Origin: Hydrurus foetidus
Lineage: Eukaryota
Reading direction: 5' to 3'
DNA: 64,000 bases
Assembly (NCBI GenBank): GCA_900617105.1
Contig: UYFQ01000001.1
Coordinates: 3,534,001-3,598,000 of the forward strand
The notes under the pieces are model-generated. The model searched no databases and was not told the origin of the DNA. It saw only the letters and a program-made list of their open reading frames with translations. The translations under genes and the position numbers were made by a program. Of this stretch, positions 21,879 through 31,931 are shown in pieces. Position 1 is the first letter of the stretch, and every line of letters starts with the position of its first letter.

Positions 21879-23007
21879 TTTTGAGAACGCCGCGCCTCAT
21901 TTGGTCTAGCTCAATGCTCTCAAACAGCGCCTTGAAATTACCCTCACCAAAGCCATCATCGCCTTTTCTTTGAATGAACTCAAAAAAGATCGGCCCCAAC
22001 TGGTTTTCACTGAAGATTTGCAGCAGCAGCGCGCCTTTTTTACCGTCGACCAGCACACCACGTTTGTGCAGCTCGGCCACGTTTTCGCCGTGCCCGGGAA
22101 TGCGCTTGTCAATCAGCTCGTAGTACGTGTCAATGGTGCTCAACAACTTCACGCCTTTGCTGCGCATCATGTCAACGGTCGCCACCAAGTCGCCACTACC
22201 CATGGCAATGTGCTGAATGCCTTCGCCGTGGTACTTGTCTAAGTATTCCTGAATTTGCCCGGCCTTTTCGTTACCCTCTTCATTGATGGGAATGCGAATT
22301 TTGCCGCACGGGCTGGTCATGGCTTTGCTTTTGACGCCGGTAACTTGCCCCTCAATGTCAAAGTAACGCACCTCGCGAAAGTTAAACAGCCGCTCGTAAA
22401 AACCCGCCCATTCGTCCATGCGGCCCCGGTGCACGTTGTGGGTTAAGTGGTCGATGTAGGTCAGGCCGTGGCCTTGCGTGTTTAAGGCGTCTGCTGTAAT
22501 GCCTTCCAGCGGCTCAAAGTCCACGTCATAAAAACCGATGTTGCCAACGTCGCCGGGTTGCGGGTCGACGTCTCCGCGCCTCTTTCCTCGCCATTTATCA
22601 ATAAAGTAAATGATCGAATCCCCAATGCCCTTGATGGCCGGAATGTTCAACTGCCCCGGCCCGGCTGTATCCGCATAGCCCCAAGCGCCGAGCGAAATGG
22701 CGCGTTCATACGCGGCCTTGGCGTCTTGCACCCGAAATGCAATCGCGCACACGCTGGGCCCGTGCTGTCGCGCAAAGCGCTGGGCAAACGAGTCAGGCTC
22801 GGCGTTGATGATGAAGTTAATGCCGCCCTGACGGTAAAGCGTCACGTTTTTGTGGCGGTGCTTGGCAATCGCCGTAAATCCCATGCGCTCAAACACGGCG
22901 GCCATTGCCTGCGGGTCGGGCGCGGCGTATTCAATGAATTCAAAACCGTCGGTGCCCATCGGGTTGGGCCAGGCCGCGCCTTTTTCAAATGACAAAGATT
23001 CGGCCAT
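21859..23007 (-). CDS. hppD: 4-hydroxyphenylpyruvate dioxygenase
   Basis: NPMGTDGFEFIEY, IDHLTHNV, GEGIQHIA, FFEFIQRKGDDGFGEGNFKALF; start at ATG 23007 after GGAG. Confidence 0.96.
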   Translation of the reverse strand: MAESLSFEKGAAWPNPMGTDGFEFIEYAAPDPQAMAAVFERMGFTAIAKHRHKNVTLYRQGGINFIINAEPDSFAQRFARQHGPSVCAIAFRVQDAKAAYERAISLGAWGYADTAGPGQLNIPAIKGIGDSIIYFIDKWRGKRRGDVDPQPGDVGNIGFYDVDFEPLEGITADALNTQGHGLTYIDHLTHNVHRGRMDEWAGFYERLFNFREVRYFDIEGQVTGVKSKAMTSPCGKIRIPINEEGNEKAGQIQEYLDKYHGEGIQHIAMGSGDLVATVDMMRSKGVKLLSTIDTYYELIDKRIPGHGENVAELHKRGVLVDGKKGALLLQIFSENQLGPIFFEFIQRKGDDGFGEGNFKALFESIELDQMRRGVLKTTPETA

Positions 23008-23116
23008 GCAGATCTCCAAATGATATTTACTAACTGTACGCGCGCAACGCATCAATTTTCAAGCAAATTACGCGGTCGGTTTGAGTTAAACGCAGTAATC
23101 CTGCAAAATATACGTC

Positions 23117-23590
23117 ATGCAGACACTCGACAAGCTAGACCGACACATTCTGCGCAGCCTGCAACTAGACGGCCGCGCCACCTACGACGAGCTGGCCGAG
23201 CAGGTCAGCTTGTCGCCCAGCGCGGTGCTTCGGCGTGTGAAACGGCTTGAAGAGTCCGGCGTGATTGACCGCTACGTCGCACTCGTCAAGCCTGAAAGTG
23301 TGGGCCTGAGCTTGACCGCCCACCTCAATGTGCGCCTAGAAAAGCACCTTGAAGCCCACAAGCGCAACCCCATGGACGTCTTTCGCGCCAGCGTGCAGGC
23401 CTGGCCTGAAGTGGTCGAATGCGTGGCGCTGACCGGGGACATGGACTATTTTTTGCGGGTGGTGGTGCAAGACATGGCGCATTACAGAGCCTTTGTGATG
23501 GACACGCTGCTCAAGCACCCCAGCGTGCAAGACTGTAAAACCAGCTTTGTTCTGGACAGCGTAAAAGCGACCACGGCTGTGCCCATTTGA
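23117..23590 (+). CDS. Lrp/AsnC family transcriptional regulator, divergent from hppD
   Basis: LDKLDRHIL...LSPSAVLRRVKRLEESGVI HTH; TGDMDY. Confidence 0.93.
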   Translation: MQTLDKLDRHILRSLQLDGRATYDELAEQVSLSPSAVLRRVKRLEESGVIDRYVALVKPESVGLSLTAHLNVRLEKHLEAHKRNPMDVFRASVQAWPEVVECVALTGDMDYFLRVVVQDMAHYRAFVMDTLLKHPSVQDCKTSFVLDSVKATTAVPI

Positions 23591-23597
23591 TTTAAAA

Positions 23598-23662
23598 CGC
23601 TATGTTTTTAGGAGCTGCTAGCGCCTATATCAATTGGGCAAGAGGCTTAAAAAGCCCTAAAA
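23598..23662 (+). repeat. Dispersed element, copy 5 (intergenic)
   Basis: GCTAT-N7-GGAGCTGCTAGCGCCTATATCAATTGGGCAAGAGGC. Confidence 0.85.
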
Positions 23663-23783
23663 ATCGGTCAGTTTCATCAAGTTTTGAGCTTGTCGACGCT
23701 TTTTGTTGGGTAAAAGCCCCTATTGGTTGCGCGCATTACGGCTATAGACTGGAAATTCTAGGGAAAACCCGTATATTCTGTTG

Positions 23784-24539
23784 ATGGTTAACACAAGTGC
23801 ACTTTTTAAGGCTTCTATTGGCGCAGGCAAAGAATTCTTTCGCGCGCCCGGCGAGCCGCGCACCCCTGCGGGATCCGCCCTTGCAGCGATTGACGTCAAG
23901 CCCTACGCTAAGCCCCTGATGATTCCCATTCGCTCTATTGGTCCCAGCCACTGCAGCCGTATCGCCGCGCACCTGCTGGCGCTGGAGCCACAAGACCGTT
24001 ATTTGCGCTTTGGCTACATGGCCAACGACGAGCAAATTCAGCGTTACGTTGACGGCCTTAACTTTGAGCGTGACGAGATTTTTGGCATATACAACCGCAA
24101 ACTAGAGCTGATTGCCATGGCGCACCTGGCTTATTCGACTGACCCACAGCTTAAAAGCTGCGCCGAGTTCGGCGTGTCTGTGTTGGCGTCGGCTCGTGGG
24201 CGGGGCTATGGCTCGCGCCTGTTTGACCGCGCAGTGATGCACGCCCGAAACGACGGCGTCGACATGATGTTTATTCACGCGTTGAGCGAAAACACCGCCA
24301 TGCTCAATATTGCCCGCAAAGGCGGCGCCACCATTGAACGGGACGGCTCCGAGAGTGAAGCCTACTTAAAACTGCCACCCGCCGACCTGGACTCACGCGT
24401 CACTGAAATAGTCGAAGAGCAAATCGCCCAAACCGACTATCGCCTGAAAGTACAAGCCAAGCAGTTCTGGAGCTTTTTATCGACCTTGCAAGACGTGCGG
24501 TGCGGCATGCGGGAAGCGCGCGACAAATCTGCGCCTTAG
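23784..24539 (+). CDS. GNAT family N-acetyltransferase
   Basis: DRYLRFG, AEFGVSV, RGRGYG acetyl-CoA loop, ENTAMLNIARK. Confidence 0.85.
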   Translation: MVNTSALFKASIGAGKEFFRAPGEPRTPAGSALAAIDVKPYAKPLMIPIRSIGPSHCSRIAAHLLALEPQDRYLRFGYMANDEQIQRYVDGLNFERDEIFGIYNRKLELIAMAHLAYSTDPQLKSCAEFGVSVLASARGRGYGSRLFDRAVMHARNDGVDMMFIHALSENTAMLNIARKGGATIERDGSESEAYLKLPPADLDSRVTEIVEEQIAQTDYRLKVQAKQFWSFLSTLQDVRCGMREARDKSAP

Positions 24540-24597
24540 TAAGGCGCCCCTACGTTCTTCGGCTATCCTTAGCGGCTTAGCAACTACCGAACACACA

Positions 24598-25491
24598 GTG
24601 TCCGACAACCCCCCCAGTAGGCCTTCAAAATTCGAGGCCAGAGCCGAATCCAAACACGAAGACAAACGCGGCTTTTTGCAAAAGCTTGCTGAAATGCTCC
24701 ACCCCGGGCCAGACTCCAAAGACGAGCTGATTGAAACCCTGGTTGAGGCGCAAGACAACGACGTGATTGGCGCGCAAAGCCGCGAAATGCTCGAAGGCGT
24801 GATTCGCATGGCCGACATGACGGCAGGCGACGTGATGGTAGCCGCCCCGCGCATGGACCTGGTCAACATCGACGCGCCATTTGACGAGCTGCTGCACCTG
24901 ATCATCGACACCGCGCACTCGCGTTTTCCGGTGTACGAGGGGGAAAAAGAAAACATCATTGGCATTTTGATGGCCAAAGATTTGCTGAAGTTGCAGCGCG
25001 CGCCCGAGCTGAACATCAAAGCATTGCTGCGCCCGGCGGTGTTTGTACCCGAGAGCAAAGGCCTGAACGATTTGCTGCGCGAATTCAGAGGCAACCGCAA
25101 CCATTTGGCGATTGTGATTGACGAGTTTGGCCGCACGGCAGGCCTGATCACGATTGAAGACGTGCTCGAGCAAATCGTTGGCGAGATTGAAGATGAGTTT
25201 GACATTGCCGAGGACGAAGGCGATATTTTTGGCCTGCCCGACAGTAGCTTTCGGGTCAGTGGCGACACGTCGATTGAGCGGGTCGGCGAATCGTTCGGCG
25301 TAACGCTAAGCGACGCCGACTTTGACACGATTGGCGGTTTGGTGGCGCATCGCATGGGCCATGTGCCCAAGCGCGGCGAAGGCTTTGCCTTGGGCGGCCT
25401 GCAATTTACTGTGCTGCACACCAAGGGCGGCGCGGTCAAGTGGTTCAAGGTGGCACCTGTAGGCGTGCAAACCAGCCTTGATTTGAGCTAG
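24598..25491 (+). CDS. corC: HlyC/CorC family CBS-domain protein
   Basis: AHSRFPVYE, IDEFGRTAGLITIEDVLEQIVGEIEDEFD, DTIGG; precedes lnt. Confidence 0.9.
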   Translation: MSDNPPSRPSKFEARAESKHEDKRGFLQKLAEMLHPGPDSKDELIETLVEAQDNDVIGAQSREMLEGVIRMADMTAGDVMVAAPRMDLVNIDAPFDELLHLIIDTAHSRFPVYEGEKENIIGILMAKDLLKLQRAPELNIKALLRPAVFVPESKGLNDLLREFRGNRNHLAIVIDEFGRTAGLITIEDVLEQIVGEIEDEFDIAEDEGDIFGLPDSSFRVSGDTSIERVGESFGVTLSDADFDTIGGLVAHRMGHVPKRGEGFALGGLQFTVLHTKGGAVKWFKVAPVGVQTSLDLS

Positions 25492-25499
25492 CCAGCCCA

Positions 25500-27128
25500 A
25501 TGGGTTTTTGGCCATACGCTCCTGTATTAATAGCTGGTTGCGCCCACGCACTGTCGATTGCGTGGCCTTTTGAGTTTTTGTCTAGCATCGGCCTGGCGCA
25601 CGGCCAGCCGATGTGGTGGCTGCAATTGTTGGCCATGTGCGTGCTGGCCTGGCAGCTCAACCAGGCCACTACCAAGCGCCAAGGCGCTTTGCTAGGCTGG
25701 GTGTTTGCGTTTGCGATGCAAGTGGCAACTTGGTGGTGGCTGTTTATCTCGCTTCACACCTACGGCGGGCTGGCCGCGCCGCTGGCGGTGCTGGCTATTG
25801 TGGGGCTGGCTGCTTTTCTGGCGCTTTATTACGCCGCTGCTTGTGCATTGTTTGTGGCGCTGGCCCCAGCGAATAAGGCGGGGCGCGCTACTGTTTTTGC
25901 AGCGCTGTGGTTGCTGGCCGAATTGTGCCGGGTGGCTTTGTTCACGGGTTTCCCGTGGGGGCAGGGTGGTTACGCGCAGTTGGGCGGGCCGTTTGACAAC
26001 TTGGCCAAGCTCATTGGCGTGCACGGTTTGAGCTTTGGCATAGCGCTGCTGGCGGGCAGCCTGGTCACTGTTTGGGCCAAGCGGCGCTGGCTGGCTGCAG
26101 GACTCGTGGCGGGTGCTGCGCTGTGTGCGGGGTTGGGCAGCGCGTTCATTAGCGTTGGCGCGGCGCAAACCTCTTTTTTCACCCAGGCACACCCCGTGAC
26201 CGCCAGCCGCAGCGACCCACCATTTACCGTGGCGCTGCTGCAAGGCAACATCGCGCAAGACGAAAAGTTCAAACCCACGGGCGGCTTACCTGATGCATTG
26301 CGCTGGTACGGCCAGCAGCTGTTGGCCAGCACCGCAACGCTGGTGGTCACGCCTGAAACCGCGCTGCCGCTGCTGCCCGAGCAATTGCCCGAGGGCTATC
26401 TGGCCGCGTTGATTGACCGTTTTGGCCAGGCAGTTCCGGGCCAAAGTAACTCCGCTGCGTTGATTGGCATTCCCCTGGGTACCAGCCAGGCCGGGTACAC
26501 CAACTCGGTCATTGCGCTTAAACCCGGCACTGGCGGTGGCCAACAAGGGTTTTATCAATACGACAAGTACCACCTGGTGCCATTTGGCGAGTTTGTGCAC
26601 CCGCTGTTCAAGTGGTTTTTAGCGCTCGTCAATATTCCGCTGTCAGATTTCAACCGGGGTGATGTCAAGCAGCCGTCGTTTGCATGGCAAGGCCAGCGCA
26701 TTGCCCCCAATATTTGCTACGAAGACTTGTTTGGTGAAGAGCTGGCCGCGCGGTTTATTGACCCGGCTCAAGCCCCCACCATGATGGTGAACGTCAGCAA
26801 CATCGGCTGGTTTGGCAACACCATCGCTATTGATCAGCACCTTAATATTTCGCGCATGCGCAGCATCGAGTTTGAGCGCCCCATGATTCGCGCCACCAAC
26901 ACAGGCGCCACCGCCATCATCGACCACACGGGCCGCGTCACGCATACGCTTGCGCGCCACACGCGCGGCGTGCTGATAGGCGCGGTGGAAGGCCGCAGCG
27001 GCATCACGCCGTACGCCAACTGGGCCGCACGATTTGGCCTGTGGCCGTGGTGGCTGCTGATAATCGCTATTATTTCAGGAGCTGCTTGCGCCCGTATTAA
27101 TTGGGCTACGGGCCGATTTAAAAGCTAA
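25500..27128 (+). CDS. lnt: Apolipoprotein N-acyltransferase
   Basis: FTGFPW, QGNI, PETA, KYHLVPFGEF, ICYED, RATNTG. Confidence 0.96.
   Translation: MGFWPYAPVLIAGCAHALSIAWPFEFLSSIGLAHGQPMWWLQLLAMCVLAWQLNQATTKRQGALLGWVFAFAMQVATWWWLFISLHTYGGLAAPLAVLAIVGLAAFLALYYAAACALFVALAPANKAGRATVFAALWLLAELCRVALFTGFPWGQGGYAQLGGPFDNLAKLIGVHGLSFGIALLAGSLVTVWAKRRWLAAGLVAGAALCAGLGSAFISVGAAQTSFFTQAHPVTASRSDPPFTVALLQGNIAQDEKFKPTGGLPDALRWYGQQLLASTATLVVTPETALPLLPEQLPEGYLAALIDRFGQAVPGQSNSAALIGIPLGTSQAGYTNSVIALKPGTGGGQQGFYQYDKYHLVPFGEFVHPLFKWFLALVNIPLSDFNRGDVKQPSFAWQGQRIAPNICYEDLFGEELAARFIDPAQAPTMMVNVSNIGWFGNTIAIDQHLNISRMRSIEFERPMIRATNTGATAIIDHTGRVTHTLARHTRGVLIGAVEGRSGITPYANWAARFGLWPWWLLIIAIISGAACARINWATGRFKS
25517..25545 (+). 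repeat. Dispersed element, copy 6 (partial, lnt 5' end)
   Basis: GCTCC-N7-ATAGCTGGTTGCGCCC. Confidence 0.65.
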
Positions 27129-27130
27129 AA
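27065..27130 (+). repeat. Dispersed element, copy 7 (encodes lnt C-terminus)
   Basis: GCTAT-N7-GGAGCTGCTTGCGCCCGTATTAATTGGGCTACGGGCC. Confidence 0.88.
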
Positions 27131-27149
27131 AAGCCGATAAAATAGTGAA

Positions 27150-28055
27150 ATGAAAAGTTTTCAAGACATTATTCTTACCCTGCAAACTTACTGGGCAAAC
27201 GAGGGCTGTGCCCTGCTACAGCCGTACGACATGGAAGTCGGCGCCGGCACATCGCACACGGCTACCTTCTTGCGCGCGTTGGGCCCTGAGCCGTGGAAGG
27301 CCGCCTACGTGCAGCCCAGCCGCCGACCGAAAGACGGGCGGTATGGCGAGAACCCCAACCGCCTGCAACATTACTACCAGTACCAGGTGGTGCTGAAACC
27401 CGCGCCCGCCAACATTCTGGAGCTGTATTTAGGCAGCCTTGAAGCACTCGATTTTGATTTGAAGCAAAACGATATTCGCTTTGTAGAAGACGATTGGGAA
27501 AACCCAACCCTGGGCGCCTGGGGCTTGGGCTGGGAAGTGTGGCTCAACGGCATGGAAGTCACCCAGTTCACCTACTTTCAGCAAGTGGGAGGCATCGACT
27601 GCAAACCCATCACGGGCGAGATCACCTACGGCCTGGAGCGCCTGGCCATGTACCTGCAAGGCGTAGACAACGTCTACAACCTCAAGTGGACTGATGGCCT
27701 AAGTTACGGTGATGTGTACAAACAAAACGAGGTTGAGCAATCGACTTATAACTTTGAGCACTCAGACGCCGACTTCCTGTTCACCGCCTTTACCGCACAT
27801 GAAAAGCAGGCCAAGCATTTGATCGAAGTGCAGCTTGCATTGCCTGCTTATGAGCAGGTTTTAAAAGCCGCGCACAGCTTTAATTTGCTCGACGCGCGCG
27901 GCGCCATCAGCGTGACAGAACGCGCCGCTTACATTGGCCGCATTCGCAACCTGGCGCGCGCGGTGGCGCAGAGCTATTACGAAAGCCGTGAACGCCTCGG
28001 CTTTCCCATGGCGCCGCGTGAATGGGTTGAACAAATGGCGAAGAAGGCGGCGTAG
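27150..28055 (+). CDS. glyQ: Glycine-tRNA ligase alpha subunit
   Basis: [39 protein letters not shown]. Confidence 0.98.
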   Translation: MKSFQDIILTLQTYWANEGCALLQPYDMEVGAGTSHTATFLRALGPEPWKAAYVQPSRRPKDGRYGENPNRLQHYYQYQVVLKPAPANILELYLGSLEALDFDLKQNDIRFVEDDWENPTLGAWGLGWEVWLNGMEVTQFTYFQQVGGIDCKPITGEITYGLERLAMYLQGVDNVYNLKWTDGLSYGDVYKQNEVEQSTYNFEHSDADFLFTAFTAHEKQAKHLIEVQLALPAYEQVLKAAHSFNLLDARGAISVTERAAYIGRIRNLARAVAQSYYESRERLGFPMAPREWVEQMAKKAA

Positions 28056-28357
28056 TGATTCTGGAAATCGCGCAACTGCAAATCAAGCAAGGTGAAACGC
28101 CCGGGTTTGAAGCGGCCTTTGCGCAAGCCCAAAAAATCATCGCCACCATGTCAGGCTACATCAGCCACGAGCTGCAACGCTGCCTTGAAAACGATCACCA
28201 GTACGTGCTGCTGGTTCGCTGGCAAACGCTCGAAGACCACACCGTGGATTTCAGGCAGTCGGCGCAATACCAAGAGTGGCGCAAGCTGCTGCACCGTTTT
28301 TATGACCCGTTTCCGACCGTGCTGCACTACTCGGTTGTTGAAGCTTTAGAAGTTTGA
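28055..28357 (+). CDS. Antibiotic biosynthesis monooxygenase (ABM) family protein
   Basis: FEAAF, GYISHEL, LLVRWQTLEDHTVDFRQS, FYDPFPTVLHY. Confidence 0.85.
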   Translation: MILEIAQLQIKQGETPGFEAAFAQAQKIIATMSGYISHELQRCLENDHQYVLLVRWQTLEDHTVDFRQSAQYQEWRKLLHRFYDPFPTVLHYSVVEALEV

Positions 28358-28367
28358 TTGAATTGAA

Positions 28368-30518
28368 ATGACCACGAAGAATCTTTTAGTTGAACTGTTT
28401 GTAGAAGAGCTGCCGCCCAAGGCATTGAAAAAGTTGGGTGATGCGTTTGCCAACGGCATTTTTGAGGGGCTGGAGCGCCGAGATTTTCTGGAGCCTAATT
28501 CTGAAGTAACCGTTTTTGCGTCTCCGCGCCGCTTAGCTGCGCACATAAGCTACGTGAGAGGGGTGTCACAGCCTAGGCCAATGCCGCCCAAAACGTTGAT
28601 GCCTGTGTCTGTTGGGTTGGACATAGACGGTAAACCGACCGCCCCTTTACTTAAGGTGTTGAAAACGAAACTCGGCTACGACGCGGATGTTGACGTTGAG
28701 TGGCTTATGCGGGAACGCATTTTTGTTGAAGACGAAGCTGGCAAAAGTGTCCTTAAGCACGACGGCGGATTAGCAGCAGGTAGTGCGCTCGCGATTGGTC
28801 TCGAAGGCGCTTTAGATGAGTCGCTAACCGGTCTGCCCATCCCCAAAGTCATGACCTACCAGTTGGCTGATGGCTGGAGCGATGTGAAGTTTGTACGGCC
28901 CGCGCATGGGCTGGTGGCTTTGCATGGTGCGGATGTGGTGGCAATTGAAGCGCTGGGCTTGAAGGCAGGCAACACCACGCATGGCCACCGGTTCGAAGCA
29001 TTGGTTGACCCGGTGGTTTTGCAGCACGCCGACAGCTACGCCGCCACGCTTGCAAAAGACGGTGCAGTGATTGCCAGTTTTGCCGTGCGCCGCGCAGAAA
29101 TTGTTCGTCAGTTGGCCGCAGCGGCAAGCAACATCGGTGGCGGTGTGACGGCCATTGACGACGATGCGTTGTTAGATGAAGTCACCGCCCTTGTCGAACG
29201 GCCAAATGTGCTGGTGTGTGAGTTTGAAAAAGAATTTTTAGACGTGCCACAAGAGTGCCTGATTCTGACCATGAAGGCGAATCAAAAGTACTTTCCACTG
29301 CTCGATGCAAATGCCAAGCTGACCAACAAGTTTTTGGTCGTCAGCAACATCAGCCCGAAAGACGCTAGCTTTGTCATCGGGGGCAACGAGCGCGTGGTGC
29401 GCCCGCGCCTGGCCGATGCCAAATTCTTTTTTGACCAGGATCGCAAGAAGACACTTGCGTCTCGCGTTGAAGGCTTGGGCAAGGTGGTGTATCACAACAA
29501 ACTCGGCTCGCAAGGCGAGCGGGTTGAGCGCGTGCGTGCCATTGCGCGGTGGATTGCGGCGAGGGTCGGAGCAGACGTTGATTTGGCTGACCGTGCTGGG
29601 CTGCTTTCGAAGGCGGATTTAGTAACTGATATGGTTGGTGAGTTTCCAGAGCTTCAGGGCATCATGGGCAGCTATTACGCGCGACATGATGGAGAGGATG
29701 AGCAGGTTGCCATAGCAATTGCAGACCAATATCTGCTCAAAGGCTCACATGAACATGCAAACAATCTAGTTTCGGTTTGCCTGACAATTGCCGATCGTGT
29801 TGAAACCCTTGTTGGTATTTGGGGTATTGGACTAAAACCATCTGGCGAGAAAGATCCGTTCGCCTTACGCCGTCATGCGTTAACAATAATTTCGTATTTT
29901 GAGCTGCTAGATTTGAGCAGTTTCATAGGCGAAGAACAATTGAGTTTGGAGTTGACTTCACTTTTAAATTTCGCAGCAACATCTTTCAACCCAATAGAGC
30001 TTGCGTCAGGCACGGTGGATGAAGTCGGTAAATTTATTTATGAAAGATATTGGAATCAGCTAGCCCCTCTTTTTGGCGCGGAGGTTGTAGAGGCAGTTAT
30101 CTCCCAGTATCCGCCTCTTCAGCAGGTGACTAAACGCGTTCAAGCGGTAAGAGGATTTAAAAAGCTTCCAGAAGCCCCAGCCCTGGCCGCCGCCAACAAA
30201 CGCATCAGCAACATCCTGAAAAAAGCCGAAGGCGTGACTGCAACTGTCGATGAATCCTTGCTGCAAGAAGCCGCAGAAGTCGCCCTGCACAAAGCCATGA
30301 ACGAAGTGGTTCCAAAAGCCGATGCTCAATTTAAATCCGGCGACTACACAGCGTCACTGCAGACACTCGCCGCCTTGCGCGCCCCCGTAGATGCGTTCTT
30401 TGAAAGCGTGATGGTCAATGCCGACGACCTGCAAGTTCGTGCCAACCGCCTCGGCCTGCTAGCCACTTTGCACGTTGCCATGAACCGGGTGGCCGATCTG
30501 TCAAAACTGGCCACCTGA
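28368..30518 (+). CDS. glyS: Glycine-tRNA ligase beta subunit
   Basis: LLVELFVEELPP, FVRPAH, GNERVVRPRLADA, MVGEFPELQG, DPFALRR, AANKRISNIL, NRLGLL. Confidence 0.97.
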   Translation: MTTKNLLVELFVEELPPKALKKLGDAFANGIFEGLERRDFLEPNSEVTVFASPRRLAAHISYVRGVSQPRPMPPKTLMPVSVGLDIDGKPTAPLLKVLKTKLGYDADVDVEWLMRERIFVEDEAGKSVLKHDGGLAAGSALAIGLEGALDESLTGLPIPKVMTYQLADGWSDVKFVRPAHGLVALHGADVVAIEALGLKAGNTTHGHRFEALVDPVVLQHADSYAATLAKDGAVIASFAVRRAEIVRQLAAAASNIGGGVTAIDDDALLDEVTALVERPNVLVCEFEKEFLDVPQECLILTMKANQKYFPLLDANAKLTNKFLVVSNISPKDASFVIGGNERVVRPRLADAKFFFDQDRKKTLASRVEGLGKVVYHNKLGSQGERVERVRAIARWIAARVGADVDLADRAGLLSKADLVTDMVGEFPELQGIMGSYYARHDGEDEQVAIAIADQYLLKGSHEHANNLVSVCLTIADRVETLVGIWGIGLKPSGEKDPFALRRHALTIISYFELLDLSSFIGEEQLSLELTSLLNFAATSFNPIELASGTVDEVGKFIYERYWNQLAPLFGAEVVEAVISQYPPLQQVTKRVQAVRGFKKLPEAPALAAANKRISNILKKAEGVTATVDESLLQEAAEVALHKAMNEVVPKADAQFKSGDYTASLQTLAALRAPVDAFFESVMVNADDLQVRANRLGLLATLHVAMNRVADLSKLAT

Positions 30519-30532
30519 GCAGGCTAAAAAAT

Positions 30533-31099
30533 ATGAAACTCGTCATCCTAGACCGCGACGGCACCATCAATTCTGACAGCGATGACTTCGTCAAAACGCC
30601 TGAAGAATGGATGCCGCTGCCAGGCGCACTTGAGGCGATTGCGCGGTTGAATCAGGCCGGCTGGCATGTGGTGATTGCGTCTAATCAGTCTGGCCTGGGA
30701 CGGGGGCTGTTTGATGTGGCGTCGCTCAACGCCATGCACGCCAAAATGCACAAAATGTTGGCGGCGGTTGGCGGACGAGTAGATGCGGTTTTTTACTGCC
30801 CGCACAGCCCTGAAGAGAGTTGCAATTGCCGCAAGCCGCTGCCGGGTTTGTTTGAACAAATTGGAAGTCGCTTTGGCGTGCCGCTCAAAGGCGTGCCCAC
30901 CGCCGGCGATTCGACTAGAGACTTGCAAGCTGGCAGCAGCGCTGGTTGCGAGCCGCATTTGGTCTTAACTGGCAAGTCGCTGCAGTACCGCAGTGGTGGT
31001 CAACCTGATGGCCTGCCGGTCGGCACGCGCTTTCACACTGACCTGGCTGCGTTTGCAGACTACCTGCTTGAGCGCGGCGCAGTCGCTGCCGCCGAATAG
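30533..31099 (+). CDS. gmhB: D-glycero-beta-D-manno-heptose 1,7-bisphosphate 7-phosphatase
   Basis: LDRDGTIN, NQSG, CPH..CNCRKP. Confidence 0.93.
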   Translation: MKLVILDRDGTINSDSDDFVKTPEEWMPLPGALEAIARLNQAGWHVVIASNQSGLGRGLFDVASLNAMHAKMHKMLAAVGGRVDAVFYCPHSPEESCNCRKPLPGLFEQIGSRFGVPLKGVPTAGDSTRDLQAGSSAGCEPHLVLTGKSLQYRSGGQPDGLPVGTRFHTDLAAFADYLLERGAVAAAE

Positions 31100-31162
31100 C
31101 TCCTTATTTTGTAGCTGCTTGCGCCCGTATTCATTGCACAAAACGCCTAAAACACCCTTGAA
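31098..31162 (+). repeat. Dispersed element, copy 8 (gmhB-plsC spacer)
   Basis: GCTCC-N7-GTAGCTGCTTGCGCCCGTATTCATTG. Confidence 0.85.
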
Positions 31163-31175
31163 GTGAGCCTTTGAT

Positions 31176-31931
31176 ATGCCCTTGATTCGCTCTGTATTCC
31201 ATATGCTGTGGATGATGCTCACCGTTATTCCTTGGGCGCTGGCCGTGCTGGTGTATTCGCTGTTTGCGTCCAGCACCAAAATTTACTGGCTGTGCGCGGG
31301 CTGGCTGCGGCTGGCTGTATCAGGTGGCACGGCGATTCTGGGCATACAAAACCGCGTCACAGGCATGGAAAACCTGCCGTCGACCGACTTGGGTACCTGC
31401 GTGCTGCTGGTCAAGCACCAAAGCACTTGGGAAACCTTTTCCATGGTCACGCTCATGCCGCATCCGTTGGCGTTTGTGTTTAAACGCGAGCTGCTGTACG
31501 TGCCGTTTTTCGGCTGGGCCATGTCGCGCATGGACATGATTCACATTGACCGCAGCCAGCGCGCGCAAGCGTTCAATAAAGTAGTGGCGCAGGGCAAACG
31601 CCTGATGGCGCAAGGCGTGTGGGTCATCATGTTCCCCGAAGGCACGCGCATTCCGCGCGGGCAAAAGGGCATCTACAAATCAGGCGGTGCGCGCCTGGCA
31701 ATTGAAACCGGCGCGCCGGTGATTCCGGTAGCCGTCACGTCTGCCAAGTGCTGGCCGCGCAAGGCGTTTATCAAAACGCCCGGCATCGTTGATATTTCTA
31801 TCGGCAAACCTATTTCAAGCGTGGGCCGCCAGCCGGATGAGCTGATGCGTGAAGTCGAGGCGTGGATTGAAGCTGAAATGCGGCGACTCGACCCTGAAGC
31901 CTACGCGCCTGACGCGGCCGTGGCCGCTTGA
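31176..31931 (+). CDS. plsC: 1-acyl-sn-glycerol-3-phosphate acyltransferase
   Basis: KHQSTWET, IDRS, FPEGTR. Confidence 0.9.
   Translation: MPLIRSVFHMLWMMLTVIPWALAVLVYSLFASSTKIYWLCAGWLRLAVSGGTAILGIQNRVTGMENLPSTDLGTCVLLVKHQSTWETFSMVTLMPHPLAFVFKRELLYVPFFGWAMSRMDMIHIDRSQRAQAFNKVVAQGKRLMAQGVWVIMFPEGTRIPRGQKGIYKSGGARLAIETGAPVIPVAVTSAKCWPRKAFIKTPGIVDISIGKPISSVGRQPDELMREVEAWIEAEMRRLDPEAYAPDAAVAA

Noticed and set aside
24477..25448. Long antisense ORFs (also 37595-38434, 46578-47366, 51842-52717)
   Set aside because: Shadows of well-supported genes on the opposite strand with no recognisable motifs
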